Positions 38,160 to 49,292 of a stretch of DNA of 64,000 nt are shown here, one piece after another. Position 1 is the stretch's first letter. Each line of letters begins with the position of its first letter. The DNA comes from Candidatus Poribacteria bacterium (GTDB taxonomy: Bacteria > Poribacteria > WGA-4E > WGA-3G). Location of the stretch: the NCBI GenBank assembly GCA_965242965.1, contig OZ251518.1, forward strand, positions 1,760,001 through 1,824,000. The letters run 5' to 3'. The notes below the pieces were generated by a model. The model was not told the DNA's origin, made no database searches, and saw nothing but the letters and a program-made list of their open reading frames with translations. A program made the translations under genes and the position numbers.

Positions 38160-40127
38160 ATGAAAAATACGACATGCATGCGTTGGCTACTGCCTATCCT
38201 GGTCCTAGGCCTGGTGTGCAGCTTCACTTTGACAGCGGCGGCGCAGAACTATTATCCAGCGGCTATTGGCAATGTGTGGACATTAACCAGCACCGATGGC
38301 ACAGAGGAACGCACCTACTCGCTCGAAGAACCCGACATTGAAGTTGATGCCGGGGTCGTCCTCCTCAAAATCGCAACGGCAGTCGTCGGCACCGAAGCGG
38401 TGGACATTGATAACTACTATGTCACCGTCGATGCTGAAGGGATAAAACTGCACCAAAGTGCTACGGATGAAGGCACGTTCGGCATCGCTAAAGCGCAGTT
38501 CGATCCGCCGGCATCTTTCTTCCCACTGCCGCTAGTTTTAGGCGACGCGTGGGAAATTGTTGCAGAAACAGAACTGAAACTAGTCGGCGCAACCACTAGC
38601 ACCACCAGTGCCGAAGTTGTCGCTCTTGAGACAATCACAACGTCAGCGGGCACCTTTGATAACTGTGTCAAGATTCAGTTGAAACGAAGGGTTGTCACGC
38701 GGCTCGTCACCACACGTTCGACCTCTTACCAGTGGTTGGCACCCGATGTCGGGCCTGTCAAATACGAAAATGACCAGGGTGTTGTCTACGAATTGATGGA
38801 TTACACCGTCCTTCCCGATGCACCGGCAGAGCCAGAAATGCCTGTAGCAGACGAACCTGCTGTCGATGAACCGGTGATGCCAGCAGGCCACAGTTTCGCT
38901 CTCGCGCTGGAACCGGGCTTGAACCTGATTTCCGTTCCGCTGATGCCAGCCGAACCTTACACGGCAAAATCGCTCGCCGATATGTTAGGTGCAACGGTTG
39001 TCATTCAATTGGATGCAATGACTAAGGAATTCGTCGCCTACTCTGTTGCGGAAGGTGATGCAGGCTTTGGTATCAGCGGCGACCGCGGCTATATCGTCAA
39101 TACGCCGGCTGGTGGCATGGTGACGTTCACAGGACAAGCGTGGGCGAATCCGCCTGCGGAAGAGCCCGACGTTGAGGAACCAGTTGTTCCAGAGGAACCT
39201 GCAACTGAAGAACCAGTTGTCACCGAGGAATCCACTGACGATGAACCCGCTGAAGACGAAGGCGATGCACCTGTCGTTGCTGAAACGCCAGAGGCACCCG
39301 CAGAAGGTGAAATGCCTGCTGAAGGTGAAGGCGATGCACCTGTCGTTGCTGAAATGCCTGAAACACCTGCGGAGGATGACATGCCTGCCGAAGAGGAAAC
39401 ACCAGAGGCACCTGCTGCAGGCGAAGGCGATGCACCCGTTGTTGCTGAAACACCAGAGGCACCCGCAGAAGGTGAAGGTGAAGACGAGGCACCCGCTGCC
39501 CCGGCTCTCCGCACCTACAACGGCACGTGGGCGTTCGTCGTCACCAGCGATTTGCAGGGAATTGAAGCCGGCGCGTCTTACGTTGTCGTCGCCGAAAACC
39601 TGCGCACTGGCATTGTCACGACAAAACAGGTCAGTGGTGATGCGCAGCGCATCTCCGCCGCTTGGGCAGATATGAATCGCAAGAGTGTCGTGGAAGCCGG
39701 TGATAAATTGGAAGTCGCGCTCTATGATGCGCGTGGTGTCATCGTCTCTGGGCCCTTCCAGCGCACAGTGACTACCACGGATATCCGCAACGCCTACCTC
39801 ACACTGCAACTGCGAGTCGGCGATGTGCAGCCGAAGGATACTCTCCTCGCGCAAAACTTCCCGAATCCGTTCAACCCGGAAACCTGGATCCCCTATCAGT
39901 TGAGCAAATCCACTGAAGTCACGCTCCAGATTTACGACATTTCCGGCCGTTTGGTTCGGACATTGGACTTGGGATGGAAGCCGACCGGCTCCTATATGAC
40001 GCAGTCTAGTGCGGCGTATTGGGATGGCAGAAACAGTGTCGGTGAACGCGTCGCGAGCGGCCCGTATTTCTATACGCTCCAAACGCGAGACTTCGCCGCC
40101 ACTCGCCGAATGGTGATTCTCAAGTAG
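38160..40127 (+). CDS. Secreted protein: NYYP/AGTF domain, acidic Pro/Glu/Ala linker, FlgD-Ig/T9SS-like C-terminal domain
   Basis: Signal peptide; EGDAPVVAE x3; LAQNFPNPFNPETWIPYQL...WDGRN..GERVASG.YFY...ATRRMVILK. Confidence 0.85.
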   Translation: MKNTTCMRWLLPILVLGLVCSFTLTAAAQNYYPAAIGNVWTLTSTDGTEERTYSLEEPDIEVDAGVVLLKIATAVVGTEAVDIDNYYVTVDAEGIKLHQSATDEGTFGIAKAQFDPPASFFPLPLVLGDAWEIVAETELKLVGATTSTTSAEVVALETITTSAGTFDNCVKIQLKRRVVTRLVTTRSTSYQWLAPDVGPVKYENDQGVVYELMDYTVLPDAPAEPEMPVADEPAVDEPVMPAGHSFALALEPGLNLISVPLMPAEPYTAKSLADMLGATVVIQLDAMTKEFVAYSVAEGDAGFGISGDRGYIVNTPAGGMVTFTGQAWANPPAEEPDVEEPVVPEEPATEEPVVTEESTDDEPAEDEGDAPVVAETPEAPAEGEMPAEGEGDAPVVAEMPETPAEDDMPAEEETPEAPAAGEGDAPVVAETPEAPAEGEGEDEAPAAPALRTYNGTWAFVVTSDLQGIEAGASYVVVAENLRTGIVTTKQVSGDAQRISAAWADMNRKSVVEAGDKLEVALYDARGVIVSGPFQRTVTTTDIRNAYLTLQLRVGDVQPKDTLLAQNFPNPFNPETWIPYQLSKSTEVTLQIYDISGRLVRTLDLGWKPTGSYMTQSSAAYWDGRNSVGERVASGPYFYTLQTRDFAATRRMVILK

Positions 40128-40139
40128 GCACCATCACAA

Positions 40140-40186
40140 TAAAACGCTCCGATTCACCGGCACGCCGTTGATTTGGAGCGTTTTTT
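40140..40186. terminator. Probable intrinsic terminator
   Basis: TAAAACGCTCC...GGAGCGTTTTTT just after the stop. Confidence 0.6.
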
Positions 40187-40259
40187 ATGCTAATGCGGCT
40201 GCAAGGCGGATTTCTATATCCGTCCACACAGTGCAAAAGAAAAATGCAAAGGAAATCAG

Positions 40260-41042
40260 ATGCGCGCAAACACCACCCTTCTGTCACTACTCTGGGGCTT
40301 GCTCACGAGTAGCCTTGCGATGGCAGCATCAAATTATTATCCCATGGATATCGGCAACGTGTGGGTTTTAGAGAGTCAAGATGGCGCGGAACGAAGCACC
40401 TATACCGTTGAAGCAACTGGCGAACCAGTTCGTCTCCTCAAAATGACGACAGAAACGCTAGGGACAGACGTTGTCTCAACAAACCGCGCTTTCGTAGAGG
40501 TTGCCGAAGATGGACTCAAACTGCACAAAATCGTATCAGAGCTCGGTTCAGTGTTCGGCGTAGCAAACGTTGAATTTTCGCCGCCTGCCACCTTTTTCCC
40601 CACGCCGATGAAACTCGGCACTTCGTGGGAACTTGAGGCAACCACAGATGTCACCCTCCTCGGCCCCGTGAAGATCACCACAACCGCTGAAGTTATCGCA
40701 TTAGAAGATGTGGTAACCCCGGCGGGGACGTTCAAACACTGCTTCAAAATTCGGATGCGAAGTAAAACGCGTTCCGCGTTAATAACGAGCCGCTCTACTC
40801 TTTACCAATGGCTGGCACCGGACATCGGTCCCGTGAAACTTGAAACCGATCAGGATATTGTGTTTGAGCTCATCTATTCCAATCTGATTTATGACGTAAC
40901 CGGCGATGGCATTATTAACATTTTGGACCTAACGTTTGTGGCATCGCGCCTCGGACAAACCGCGCCAGAGGCAGATGTCAACGGCGATGGCGTTGTGAAT
41001 ATTTTAGATTTAGTGCTTATCGCGCGGCATGTTGGAAATTAA
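40260..41042 (+). CDS. Secreted NYYP/AGTF-domain protein with dockerin-like domain
   Basis: Paralog of 36988; DVTGDGIINILDL, DVNGDGVVNILDL. Confidence 0.8.
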   Translation: MRANTTLLSLLWGLLTSSLAMAASNYYPMDIGNVWVLESQDGAERSTYTVEATGEPVRLLKMTTETLGTDVVSTNRAFVEVAEDGLKLHKIVSELGSVFGVANVEFSPPATFFPTPMKLGTSWELEATTDVTLLGPVKITTTAEVIALEDVVTPAGTFKHCFKIRMRSKTRSALITSRSTLYQWLAPDIGPVKLETDQDIVFELIYSNLIYDVTGDGIINILDLTFVASRLGQTAPEADVNGDGVVNILDLVLIARHVGN

Positions 41043-41059
41043 TTTTTGGAAGTCAAAAA

Positions 41060-41970
41060 CTATCCCTTCATCGTCGCGCGGGGGCCTGATCTGTAGTTTG
41101 GGCTCGCCTGATTCCGAACAAGCGTCGCCGCCTGAACGTAGCGCGGGGGCCTGTCCCCCGCGAGCCCTCCTTTGTCTGAAGCAGGATTTGCAGGATTAAC
41201 AGGATTTGCAGGATTAGGTATCCTTGTCGATGCAAAACTTCTTTTCACCGTAGTGCGGGGCCTGATTTGTAGTTCGGGCTCGCCTGATTCCAAACAAGCG
41301 TCGCCGCCTGAACGTAGCGCGGGGGCCTGTCCCCCGCGATCTACCGACCTAAACGAAAACCGTCCGCAGTCCAGAGACTACGGACGGTTTCTGTGACGAA
41401 CGAGGCACGGCGAGGGAAACCCGCTCGGATGCGCGTGTGGCATCCGAGGGACCTCGCCCTACGGTGCGGCTGCGCGGTTTGGATAGCCGAAAAAGAAAAA
41501 GCATATTAAGGTCCTACAGACCTTGGCCATCTTCGCGGCGCACCACTCTATAGACATTAAGGTCTTACAGACCTAAAGAGACGTTTTATCGCGATAAAAC
41601 CCCCTAATCTTGCTAATCCGGAGCAGGATTACCACGATTATCACGATTATCACGATTATAGGTTCTGATGTACCAACACCCCGTGGCCTACCACAACCGC
41701 GCCGGCGTACCAGAGCTCTAATCCTGTGAAATCCTGGAAATCTTGGAAATCCTGCTCATATCTTGCTAATCCTGCTCCAGACAAATGAGATCGCGAGGGA
41801 CAGGCCCTCGCGCTACGGTGAAGGGGACGATTTTGGCACGGCGAGAGACAGGCCCTCGCGTTACGGTGAAGGGGACGATTTTGGCATGGCGAGAGACAGG
41901 TTTCCCTCGCCCTACGGTGGAAGGAACGATCGATGCATGGCGAGGGACAGGCCCTCGCCCTACGATAACG
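41060..41970. repeat. Mosaic of REP-like palindromes and 9-bp periodic (CAGGATTTA-like) repeats
   Basis: Direct reading. Confidence 0.85.
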
Positions 41971-42002
41971 GAAAATCATCGATGCCGAAGATGAATTCCA
42001 TA

Positions 42003-43565
42003 TTAAACCCGCAACACACGCGACTCACCTGCATCCAACGTCAAATGACTCCACATCGCATCCTGCAATTGCCAAGAAAACGTAATCGGCGAATCGCCGC
42101 CGTTGTAGAAAACCACTTCCGCGCCGGGCTCTGCGCCAATGATAGGCCGGACCAGAGAAAGGAGTTCTGCAGGCAAACGCGATTCGCCGCCCTGCGGTTT
42201 GACATTCAGCATCGGCACAACCTCACTCTGAATCTCACGCGTGCCGAGTAAAAGCGGTCCGTAGCAAGCCGTGACCGATCCTTGTCCCCAGTTGCGTCCA
42301 TGTCCGGCGGCGACAGAACAAACCGCGCCGCCCATATCGGCGTGCTCCCTTCCACCGCGCAACACACGCCGGGCAATCTTCAGACGCGTCGCTGCACTTT
42401 GCAACGCCCGCGCAGCAAAGGATACGTCACCTGTCACCTGATAGGCAAGCGTCAACGTCGCAGTGGAAGGTTCCTGAATCGGTTTGACAGAACCGTCATC
42501 TGTCCATTCTCCCCAGTATGCCATATCGGCGCGTTTTCCAACGCCGGGTTCGCGACGGCGAATCTCCTGCGGAAACACGAGCGCGAGCAATTCCGGTGGA
42601 GAATGTGGAAATTTCGCCACTTCCGCGCGGATGTCGGCATCGAAAGTGGTATCGTTAAACGTCCAGCGATAATAGCTGAGCGCGGCGGCAGCCGGATCGT
42701 TGTAAGCGTCGTGGAGGGAAGCCGCCAGCGGTTGGACGATGCGTTTCGCTGCCGTTTGGAAAATGCTGTCACCGGATAAGCGATGAAGATCGCCGAACGT
42801 ATAGATGGCACCGGAGGCGAGGAGGACTTCAATGCCGGCACTCGGGTCATTCGGGATATGGTGCGTGCTTGCGACAAGCCGATGTAAATTCTTGGCATTG
42901 ACATCCGTCTCGCTGAGCCCATTTCCGTCCAAATCCCAGAGGAGCGGCATCGGTTCTGGCGCGGCCATAATGCGTTCAGCCCGCTTCTCACCGTAGCGTA
43001 ACGCCCACTCCAGATAGCGGTTCTCACCCGTGACGCGATATGCGGCGAGAGCGATGTGGATAAATCGGAAGTGCTCCGCCAATTCATACGCGTCCTTTTC
43101 CTCGTTTTCCACAAAACGGGTGCCGATGTTGTAGCCGATGAAAGTATCGCGTTTGTAATCATACCACGGCGGAATTTCCTGCACCCAATTTCCGATGTGC
43201 TCGGCGGCATCCGTTAACAACTTAACTGCCTCCGTGTCTTCAGGCACTAATCCGATATAACGCGGCAAGAAGAGGAGAAAGGGTTCAGGTCCGTGATGCG
43301 CCTCCGCCTTCGGTTCGTATCCGTGGTGGCAATCGCGTTCTACCCATCCTGCCAGCGCGGTTTTGAGGGCATCAAAGTGTTGCAGGACGGTTGCGTCGCC
43401 AGTAATGAGATAGTGCGGAAACCACGCGAGCGCGTAGTTTGCCTCGTCTTCGCCGCCATCGTTCGGCCCGGGCGGATCCAACAGCATGCTCTGTTTGAGC
43501 CACCGTCCCATTTCAGTCCTGAGCGCGGTGTAAGAGGCATAGCATTCGTGGATAAGATTTTTCAT
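42003..43565 (-). CDS. Hypothetical protein, probable alpha/alpha-barrel fold
   Basis: 520 aa, AGGAG RBS; AYRVTGENRYLEWA, AYQVTGDVSFA helical-barrel-like repeats. Confidence 0.7.
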   Translation of the reverse strand: MKNLIHECYASYTALRTEMGRWLKQSMLLDPPGPNDGGEDEANYALAWFPHYLITGDATVLQHFDALKTALAGWVERDCHHGYEPKAEAHHGPEPFLLFLPRYIGLVPEDTEAVKLLTDAAEHIGNWVQEIPPWYDYKRDTFIGYNIGTRFVENEEKDAYELAEHFRFIHIALAAYRVTGENRYLEWALRYGEKRAERIMAAPEPMPLLWDLDGNGLSETDVNAKNLHRLVASTHHIPNDPSAGIEVLLASGAIYTFGDLHRLSGDSIFQTAAKRIVQPLAASLHDAYNDPAAAALSYYRWTFNDTTFDADIRAEVAKFPHSPPELLALVFPQEIRRREPGVGKRADMAYWGEWTDDGSVKPIQEPSTATLTLAYQVTGDVSFAARALQSAATRLKIARRVLRGGREHADMGGAVCSVAAGHGRNWGQGSVTACYGPLLLGTREIQSEVVPMLNVKPQGGESRLPAELLSLVRPIIGAEPGAEVVFYNGGDSPITFSWQLQDAMWSHLTLDAGESRVLRV

Positions 43566-43774
43566 CAGTTTGCTCCTATTTGCATCAAAATGTCACTTTT
43601 TTCATCAGGAGGTGTTCAAAAAATAGACAATCTCTCCCGAAAATCGCCGTAAATCAACGATTTGCGGTTGGCATAGAATTTGCTTATACGTTTGATTAAG
43701 CCTCCTTGGGTGAGCCGGCACCACACAACCTTGAAGATGATATGATTGGGGAGACGTGGTTTCCGGCTCTTTTT

Positions 43775-45220
43775 TTACGAAATGAATTTCCTGACAGTTC
43801 TGACCAGAGTGCCTTCCGAGAACCATTTCCTCGCAATGCGCCATACACTGCTCGAAAACGTCGGATAGACGTGAATCATCTCGCTTAACTTCCGGAGTGA
43901 AATTCCCTGTTGCATTGCCAGGACGTATTCATGGATAATTTCGCCGGCATTCGCGCTGACGAGGTGAACGCCCAATATTTTTCCGCGCCATCGGCTCGCG
44001 ATGACTTTGGTGAAACCGCGCGTCTCGCCTTCAGCGATTGCCCTATCCACATCTGCCTGCGGCAGCGTGAAGACATCAACATCGCCATGTTTCTCACGCG
44101 CCTCCGCTTCTGTCAAACCGCAACGCGCGACTTCGGGCTCACAGAACGTCGTCCATGGCACGACAGCATAGTCGATCGTTTTGGAGAGTGGGAAGAAGAT
44201 ATTTCGCAAGATGAGTTGCGCTTGAAAATCGGCGACGTGTGTGAAGAGATAATGCCCGATGACATCGCCAGCGGCATAGATATTTTTCACGTTCGTCTGC
44301 AGTTTGTTGTTAACCTCAATGCCGCGTTTGCTGACATTCACGCCGATTTCCTCAAGTCCTAAACCTTCCACATTCGGCGCGCGCCCAGAGGCAATCAAGA
44401 TTTTGTCGAATTGTTCTTCGATGCTGTTTGCGCCGTTGCGGAACGTTACGTGATGCCCATTGATGCGCGTAATCTGTGTATTCAGGCGAATAGTGATTCC
44501 CTCTTCGCGGAGGCAGTCTAGCAGACATGTGGAGACATCGGCATCCTCCTTCGTCAAAATCCGGTCGCTTCGTTGCGCAAGAGTCACTGCCGCGCCGAGT
44601 CGACGAAACGCCTGTCCTAATTCAACTCCGAGCGGTCCCGCGCCAACGACGAGCAGTCGCTTGGGCAATTCTTCCAATTCCCAGAGCGTCTCACTATCAA
44701 GGTAATCGCAGGTTTCTATTCCAGGAATCGACGGCACAGCGGGACGCGAACCGGTGCTGATGACAAACTTTTTGCTGGTGAGGGTTCGCGTTTGTCCGCT
44801 TTCGACTGTCCCTCCCTGGTCTCCCGCGCCATTCACAACGAACGTCTGCGGCGACGTAAAATGCCCACTGCCGAAGATGACATCAACTCCCATCTCCCGA
44901 AACCGCTCAGGGTTGTCGTGTTCCTCCTCAATTTTCTGTTGCGTGCTGCGCACATACGCCATCGCTTTCGGGAAATCGGGCGCGCGGTTGAAAACTTCGC
45001 CTCCAAGGAAGAACCCGTATTTTTCCGCATGCTGAATTTCATTTGCAACCTTCGCGACTTTGAGAAGTGCTTTGGAAGGCACACACCCTGTCCAAAGGCA
45101 ATCGCCGCCGATGCGGTGCTTTTCTATCAACGCGGTTTTTTTTCCTAACTTCGCACCGGCGACAGCAAGCACCAATCCCGCGCTGCCACCGCCGATAATT
45201 GTCAAATCGTATTCTGTCAC
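43775..45220 (-). CDS. Pyridine nucleotide-disulfide oxidoreductase (mercuric-reductase-like subfamily, no C-terminal CC)
   Basis: GGGSAG, GGDCLWTGCVPSK, GAGPLG, YAAGD, HVYPT. Confidence 0.88.
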   Translation of the reverse strand: MTEYDLTIIGGGSAGLVLAVAGAKLGKKTALIEKHRIGGDCLWTGCVPSKALLKVAKVANEIQHAEKYGFFLGGEVFNRAPDFPKAMAYVRSTQQKIEEEHDNPERFREMGVDVIFGSGHFTSPQTFVVNGAGDQGGTVESGQTRTLTSKKFVISTGSRPAVPSIPGIETCDYLDSETLWELEELPKRLLVVGAGPLGVELGQAFRRLGAAVTLAQRSDRILTKEDADVSTCLLDCLREEGITIRLNTQITRINGHHVTFRNGANSIEEQFDKILIASGRAPNVEGLGLEEIGVNVSKRGIEVNNKLQTNVKNIYAAGDVIGHYLFTHVADFQAQLILRNIFFPLSKTIDYAVVPWTTFCEPEVARCGLTEAEAREKHGDVDVFTLPQADVDRAIAEGETRGFTKVIASRWRGKILGVHLVSANAGEIIHEYVLAMQQGISLRKLSEMIHVYPTFSSSVWRIARKWFSEGTLVRTVRKFIS

Positions 45221-45226
45221 AGCCTT

Positions 45227-46774
45227 TTACCTTTTCATCCGCAGCACGCGCCCCGGGAGCTGCCCCGTCGCATTTCCCTCTGCAATAACAGGAGTGCCAT
45301 TAACGAACACCCACTCCACACCGACAGGGAGTTGAACCGGAGCAGCCCAGGTAGACAGGGCTGCCACAGTATCCGCATCGAAAATAACAATGTCCGCGGC
45401 GAGCCCATTGGCAATTCTACCTCTGTCGGCGAGACGAAAGCGTTCCGCCGGGAACCCGCTCATTTTATAGACAGCTTCCTTCAGAGAGACGAGTTTTCGT
45501 TCGCGCACAAACTTGCCGAGATACTGCACAAAACAGCCGTAACTACGCGGGTGCGGATGCGGAATATTGTAAACGCCATCGCTGGCAATCATCATGCGCG
45601 GATGCGCCGCCGTTTGGTTTAAAATCCGTTCGTTTTCTTCCGGTGATGTCGCCCACGGCATCACAAAGGTTTCGATTTCAGCCTCTTCACGAATCAGATC
45701 GAACCCGAATTCGGCATAGGACTTGCCTTCACTTTTCGCCGCCTCGGCGAGTGTCATTCCGATAAAGCGTCCGGAACGAGTGTAACCCACAATCTGATTG
45801 CCTTCACCTAGTTCTTCCTGCAGATACGCAATCGACTTCTGGCGGACATCCGGCTTCTCCAAGTTTGCCAACATATCCGCCGGGGCTCCTGTCTGAAATT
45901 CCATCGGCAGCATCATCGCGAGATGCGTCATGCCCGCGGGATAGAGGTAAGATTCAAACGTCAGATCGATATCCTCTTTGTCAATCCGCTCAAGCACTTC
46001 AGATGCCTCTGCATCCACCCGTTCGTGCGAAATATGGACAGGAATTTCGGCATGCTGCGCGATGGCAATAGTCTCCTCCCACGCGCGTCTTCTACCGAGG
46101 ATACGGTAGCGGATATGCGCCGCATAAATGGCATCATAAGCCGCAGCGATTTTCGAGAGAAACACCAATTCGCGCAAATCGGCATTAGCAGAAGGTTGAT
46201 AGTCAAGTCCCAAACAGAGACAGCATGCCCCCGCTTCTAACCACTCGCGCGTAGTGCGTTCCATCGCCTTCAATTCGTCATCGGTAGCCGGGCGTGCATC
46301 CCATCCCATCGCGCCGAGGCGCACGGCACAATGCGGCACCTGTGGATAAAGATTCGCTGGAATGCGGCCGTGGAAAATGTCCAGATACGCATCCGGCGTT
46401 TGCCAATCCAGAGCCAATTTTGCATCGCCGTATGCAAATTGCGTATAGTGCCACAATTCGCCAGCGAGCTGTGGGGACAGAGGGGCCCAGCCGAAGCCAT
46501 CCGGGGCGGCCAAGTGCGTCGTCACGCCTTGACTGACAGCGGCGAGCTGGTCGCGGCCGCCAAGCAGCGCAATCTCGGAGTGGACATGCACATCGATGAA
46601 TCCCGGACAAACGACGCTATCCTTCGCAGCAATCCGATGCGCCGTTTCTGCATCCCCAAGCGCGCCGATAGCGGCAATGGTGTCGCCTTGAATGCCGATA
46701 TCCGCAACGAACGGTTCTCGCTGTCCTGTGCCATCAACGATGCTTCCTCCTTCAATAATCACATCAAATTCCAT
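45227..46774 (-). CDS. N-acyl-D-amino-acid deacylase (D-aminoacylase) family amidohydrolase
   Basis: PGFIDVHVH, GVTT, AHIR, HISH, IASDG, PHPRSYG. Confidence 0.88.
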   Translation of the reverse strand: MEFDVIIEGGSIVDGTGQREPFVADIGIQGDTIAAIGALGDAETAHRIAAKDSVVCPGFIDVHVHSEIALLGGRDQLAAVSQGVTTHLAAPDGFGWAPLSPQLAGELWHYTQFAYGDAKLALDWQTPDAYLDIFHGRIPANLYPQVPHCAVRLGAMGWDARPATDDELKAMERTTREWLEAGACCLCLGLDYQPSANADLRELVFLSKIAAAYDAIYAAHIRYRILGRRRAWEETIAIAQHAEIPVHISHERVDAEASEVLERIDKEDIDLTFESYLYPAGMTHLAMMLPMEFQTGAPADMLANLEKPDVRQKSIAYLQEELGEGNQIVGYTRSGRFIGMTLAEAAKSEGKSYAEFGFDLIREEAEIETFVMPWATSPEENERILNQTAAHPRMMIASDGVYNIPHPHPRSYGCFVQYLGKFVRERKLVSLKEAVYKMSGFPAERFRLADRGRIANGLAADIVIFDADTVAALSTWAAPVQLPVGVEWVFVNGTPVIAEGNATGQLPGRVLRMKR

Positions 46775-46879
46775 GATATTCACCTCTTTTGTGAAGAATT
46801 TAGCATAAAAAGCGAAAGGTGTCAAGGAGAAAAAGTGCGTGTCAGGAGCAGGATTCACCAGATTATCACGATTTCCAAC

Positions 46880-47469
46880 CAGTAGGAGAGACCTCCTGGT
46901 CTCGATTGAAATCTCACCTACATCGTAGGGCGGGGGCCTGTCCCCCGCGATGGCTCAAGAACCGTTTTTTCATCGTAGCGCGGTTGCCTGTCCCCCGCGA
47001 TGTCCATCGTCAAGCGGTGACGTTTTAGGTCCGTTAGGACCTACATGTCTATAGATACACGTGTCGTGCCATTTTCAAGGTCCGTTAGGACCTTAATAAA
47101 AACACGCGTGGCCCTGGCAAAAACTATTAAGGACCTAAAGGACCTTAGGGTTTTTCGCAGCGCGCGTGCTATAGACATTAAGGTCCTGCGGACCTAAGAG
47201 AACAAGAGACGTTTTTTCGTTCTCCCCTCTCTGTAGTTTGTGATCGCCTGATCACAACGACTCAGGATCCGGCGATCCTGCCCTACAGGGCCTGGCGCAC
47301 GAACGATGGCGAGGGAAACCCGCTCGGATGCGCGTGTGGCATCCGAGGGCCCAAGCCCTACGATGAAGGGGGGCCCTTCTGCCGCCGTGGCCCCGATAGG
47401 CGCGCCGTCCTATTGCATCGAGACCAGGAGGTCTCGCCTACACGGGAAAACGAATTATGAAACACCCTC
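46880..47469. repeat. REP mosaic ending in an orphan MITE end
   Basis: TATGAAACACCCTC at 47456-47469; the preceding ~100 bp is the approximate reverse complement of the left end of MITE copy 2. Confidence 0.8.
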
Positions 47470-47479
47470 AATTATTTTC

Positions 47480-47508
47480 TTGACAAAAAAGATTGGTTAT
47501 GATAGACT
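47480..47508 (+). promoter_or_regulatory. Sigma70-like promoter
   Basis: TTGACA-17-TAGACT. Confidence 0.65.
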
Positions 47509-47545
47509 AAATAGACAATTCATCACCTTTTCAGGAGGAATACGC

Positions 47546-47995
47546 ATGCGTTTAGTGCCCGCCACAATTTTACTTTTCGTGATGATTGCACTCGGCTTGA
47601 ACGGCTGTGGAGAGAGCTCTTCCGGCGGCAGCGGCCTCACCGATGTCGGAAGAGGCGAACCGATTATTGTGGACTCTGTCATGGCCATCAGCGTCTTTGA
47701 AGAACGCCCGGACGGCATCACCGACACGTTCAACGCCGATGTCAACGAACAAATCTTTTTGTGGATTTTATGGAACAATATCGAGGAACAACACACGGTT
47801 GAAGTGTCATGGTTCTCACCCGCCGATGACTTGGAGGATCCGCCGTTCTGGGAGGAATCACAGACGTTTACTTCAACAACCGGCGAGAAAATTACGTGGT
47901 TCTACATTGACACGCCATCGGATACCGGCGAGTGGTTCGTGGAAATCTACCTTGATGGACTTTTTGAACGGAGTCACATATTCTGGGTGGAATAG
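47546..47995 (+). CDS. Lipoprotein, probable Ig-like fold
   Basis: AGGAGG RBS; lipobox LNGC; GEWFVEIYLDG. Confidence 0.8.
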   Translation: MRLVPATILLFVMIALGLNGCGESSSGGSGLTDVGRGEPIIVDSVMAISVFEERPDGITDTFNADVNEQIFLWILWNNIEEQHTVEVSWFSPADDLEDPPFWEESQTFTSTTGEKITWFYIDTPSDTGEWFVEIYLDGLFERSHIFWVE

Positions 47996-48112
47996 GATAA
48001 CCGGGTAGTTTCAAACCGCGCAATGTAACGGCAACGGCTCAGGAGATTGCGGGGGACAGGCCCCCGCACTACGAGAGGTAAACCCAGTTTCAAACAACGC
48101 AAGGAGAACCTC

Positions 48113-49198
48113 ATGGATAAACTCAAAATCGCGCACATCGGCACAGGCAGACGCGGTGCCGGCACTTATCTTCCCATCATCGCGAAATTGACGGAAGCCC
48201 TTGAACTCGTCGCTGTCTGCGATGCACGCGAGGACAGCGTCACCGAACAAGGCGCGAAATACAACGTCCCGGCTTACACCGACACCGAACGGATGCTGGA
48301 TGAAGTGAAGCCGGATATCTGTGCCATCGTGATTACACCGAGCAACAACCACATTCCGGGGCTCCTCTGCTCCGAACGTGGGGTGAGTTATTGCACAGAA
48401 ACCCCGATTGACACAGACCTGGGTTGGGCAGACAAGATGATAGCATCCGCGCAAGCGAACGGCACCAAACTTGAGGTGAACGAAAACTATTATCGCGTTC
48501 CGACAGAACGGATAAAACGGGAGATGATTCTCGCCGGTGTCTTTGGCAAAGTCAACACTGCCTATAACGATTTCCGCGGGCACGGCTACCACGGCATCGG
48601 GCTTATTCGGAGTTACGTCGGTTTTGAGAATGAACCGATTCGCGTCTACGGCTTTCGGAAAAATTACGAGGTGCAGGATCACGTCTGGCGGAAAGGGCAA
48701 CCGCCGCGCAATACCGAAGATTGGCAACACGCTATCATTGAGTTTGAAGACGGCGCAGTGGGGATTTTCAACTTCAGTAGCCTTTCTTACGGTTCGCCGT
48801 TGCGTGGGTTCAACGGTTCCAAGTTTTACGCCGAACGCGGGATGTGCTTCCGAAACGAAGCAGTCATCCTCAACGAAACGGCTGACGAACAGCGCGTCGT
48901 AACCATCACCCGCCGAACCAATAACGTTGGCGGTTATGAGACGCTCGCCGCGCTCGTCGCGGACACGGAGCCCGAAGTCGTTTGGGAGAATCCGTTGCAG
49001 CATTATCCGCTCAGCGATGGCGAAATCACCGTCGCATCGGAATTGATGAGTCTCGTCAATGCTGTCCAAAACGATACGGAACCGGAATATGGGGCATACA
49101 ATGGACGAAAGGACAGGGAAATTGACGTAGCGATGGCACGTTCATGGGCAAACAACGGCGCGCCTGTTCCCTTTCCGTTGACGTATGAAAGCCGATAA
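48113..49198 (+). CDS. Gfo/Idh/MocA-family oxidoreductase
   Basis: IAHIGTGRRG, LVAVCD, PDI, CTETPI (EKP-like). Confidence 0.88.
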   Translation: MDKLKIAHIGTGRRGAGTYLPIIAKLTEALELVAVCDAREDSVTEQGAKYNVPAYTDTERMLDEVKPDICAIVITPSNNHIPGLLCSERGVSYCTETPIDTDLGWADKMIASAQANGTKLEVNENYYRVPTERIKREMILAGVFGKVNTAYNDFRGHGYHGIGLIRSYVGFENEPIRVYGFRKNYEVQDHVWRKGQPPRNTEDWQHAIIEFEDGAVGIFNFSSLSYGSPLRGFNGSKFYAERGMCFRNEAVILNETADEQRVVTITRRTNNVGGYETLAALVADTEPEVVWENPLQHYPLSDGEITVASELMSLVNAVQNDTEPEYGAYNGRKDREIDVAMARSWANNGAPVPFPLTYESR

Positions 49199-49218
49199 TC
49201 TGCCGCTAGTGATTTTCC

Positions 49219-49247
49219 TTGACATTCGCAAGAAAATTCTGTATAAT
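49219..49247 (+). promoter_or_regulatory. Consensus sigma70 promoter
   Basis: TTGACA-17-TATAAT. Confidence 0.8.
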
Positions 49248-49292
49248 TGAATTGTACTCGCAGAAAAACAACGAAAATCGGAGGAATCTTCC

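Noticed and set aside
44793-44830. Repeat-derived insertion in the disulfide oxidoreductase (GAGDQGGTVESG)
   Set aside because: Only a short partial match to the GAGACC family; too weak to call
43775-45220. merA mercuric reductase
   Set aside because: No C-terminal Cys-Cys pair, no NmerA domain and no mer operon context
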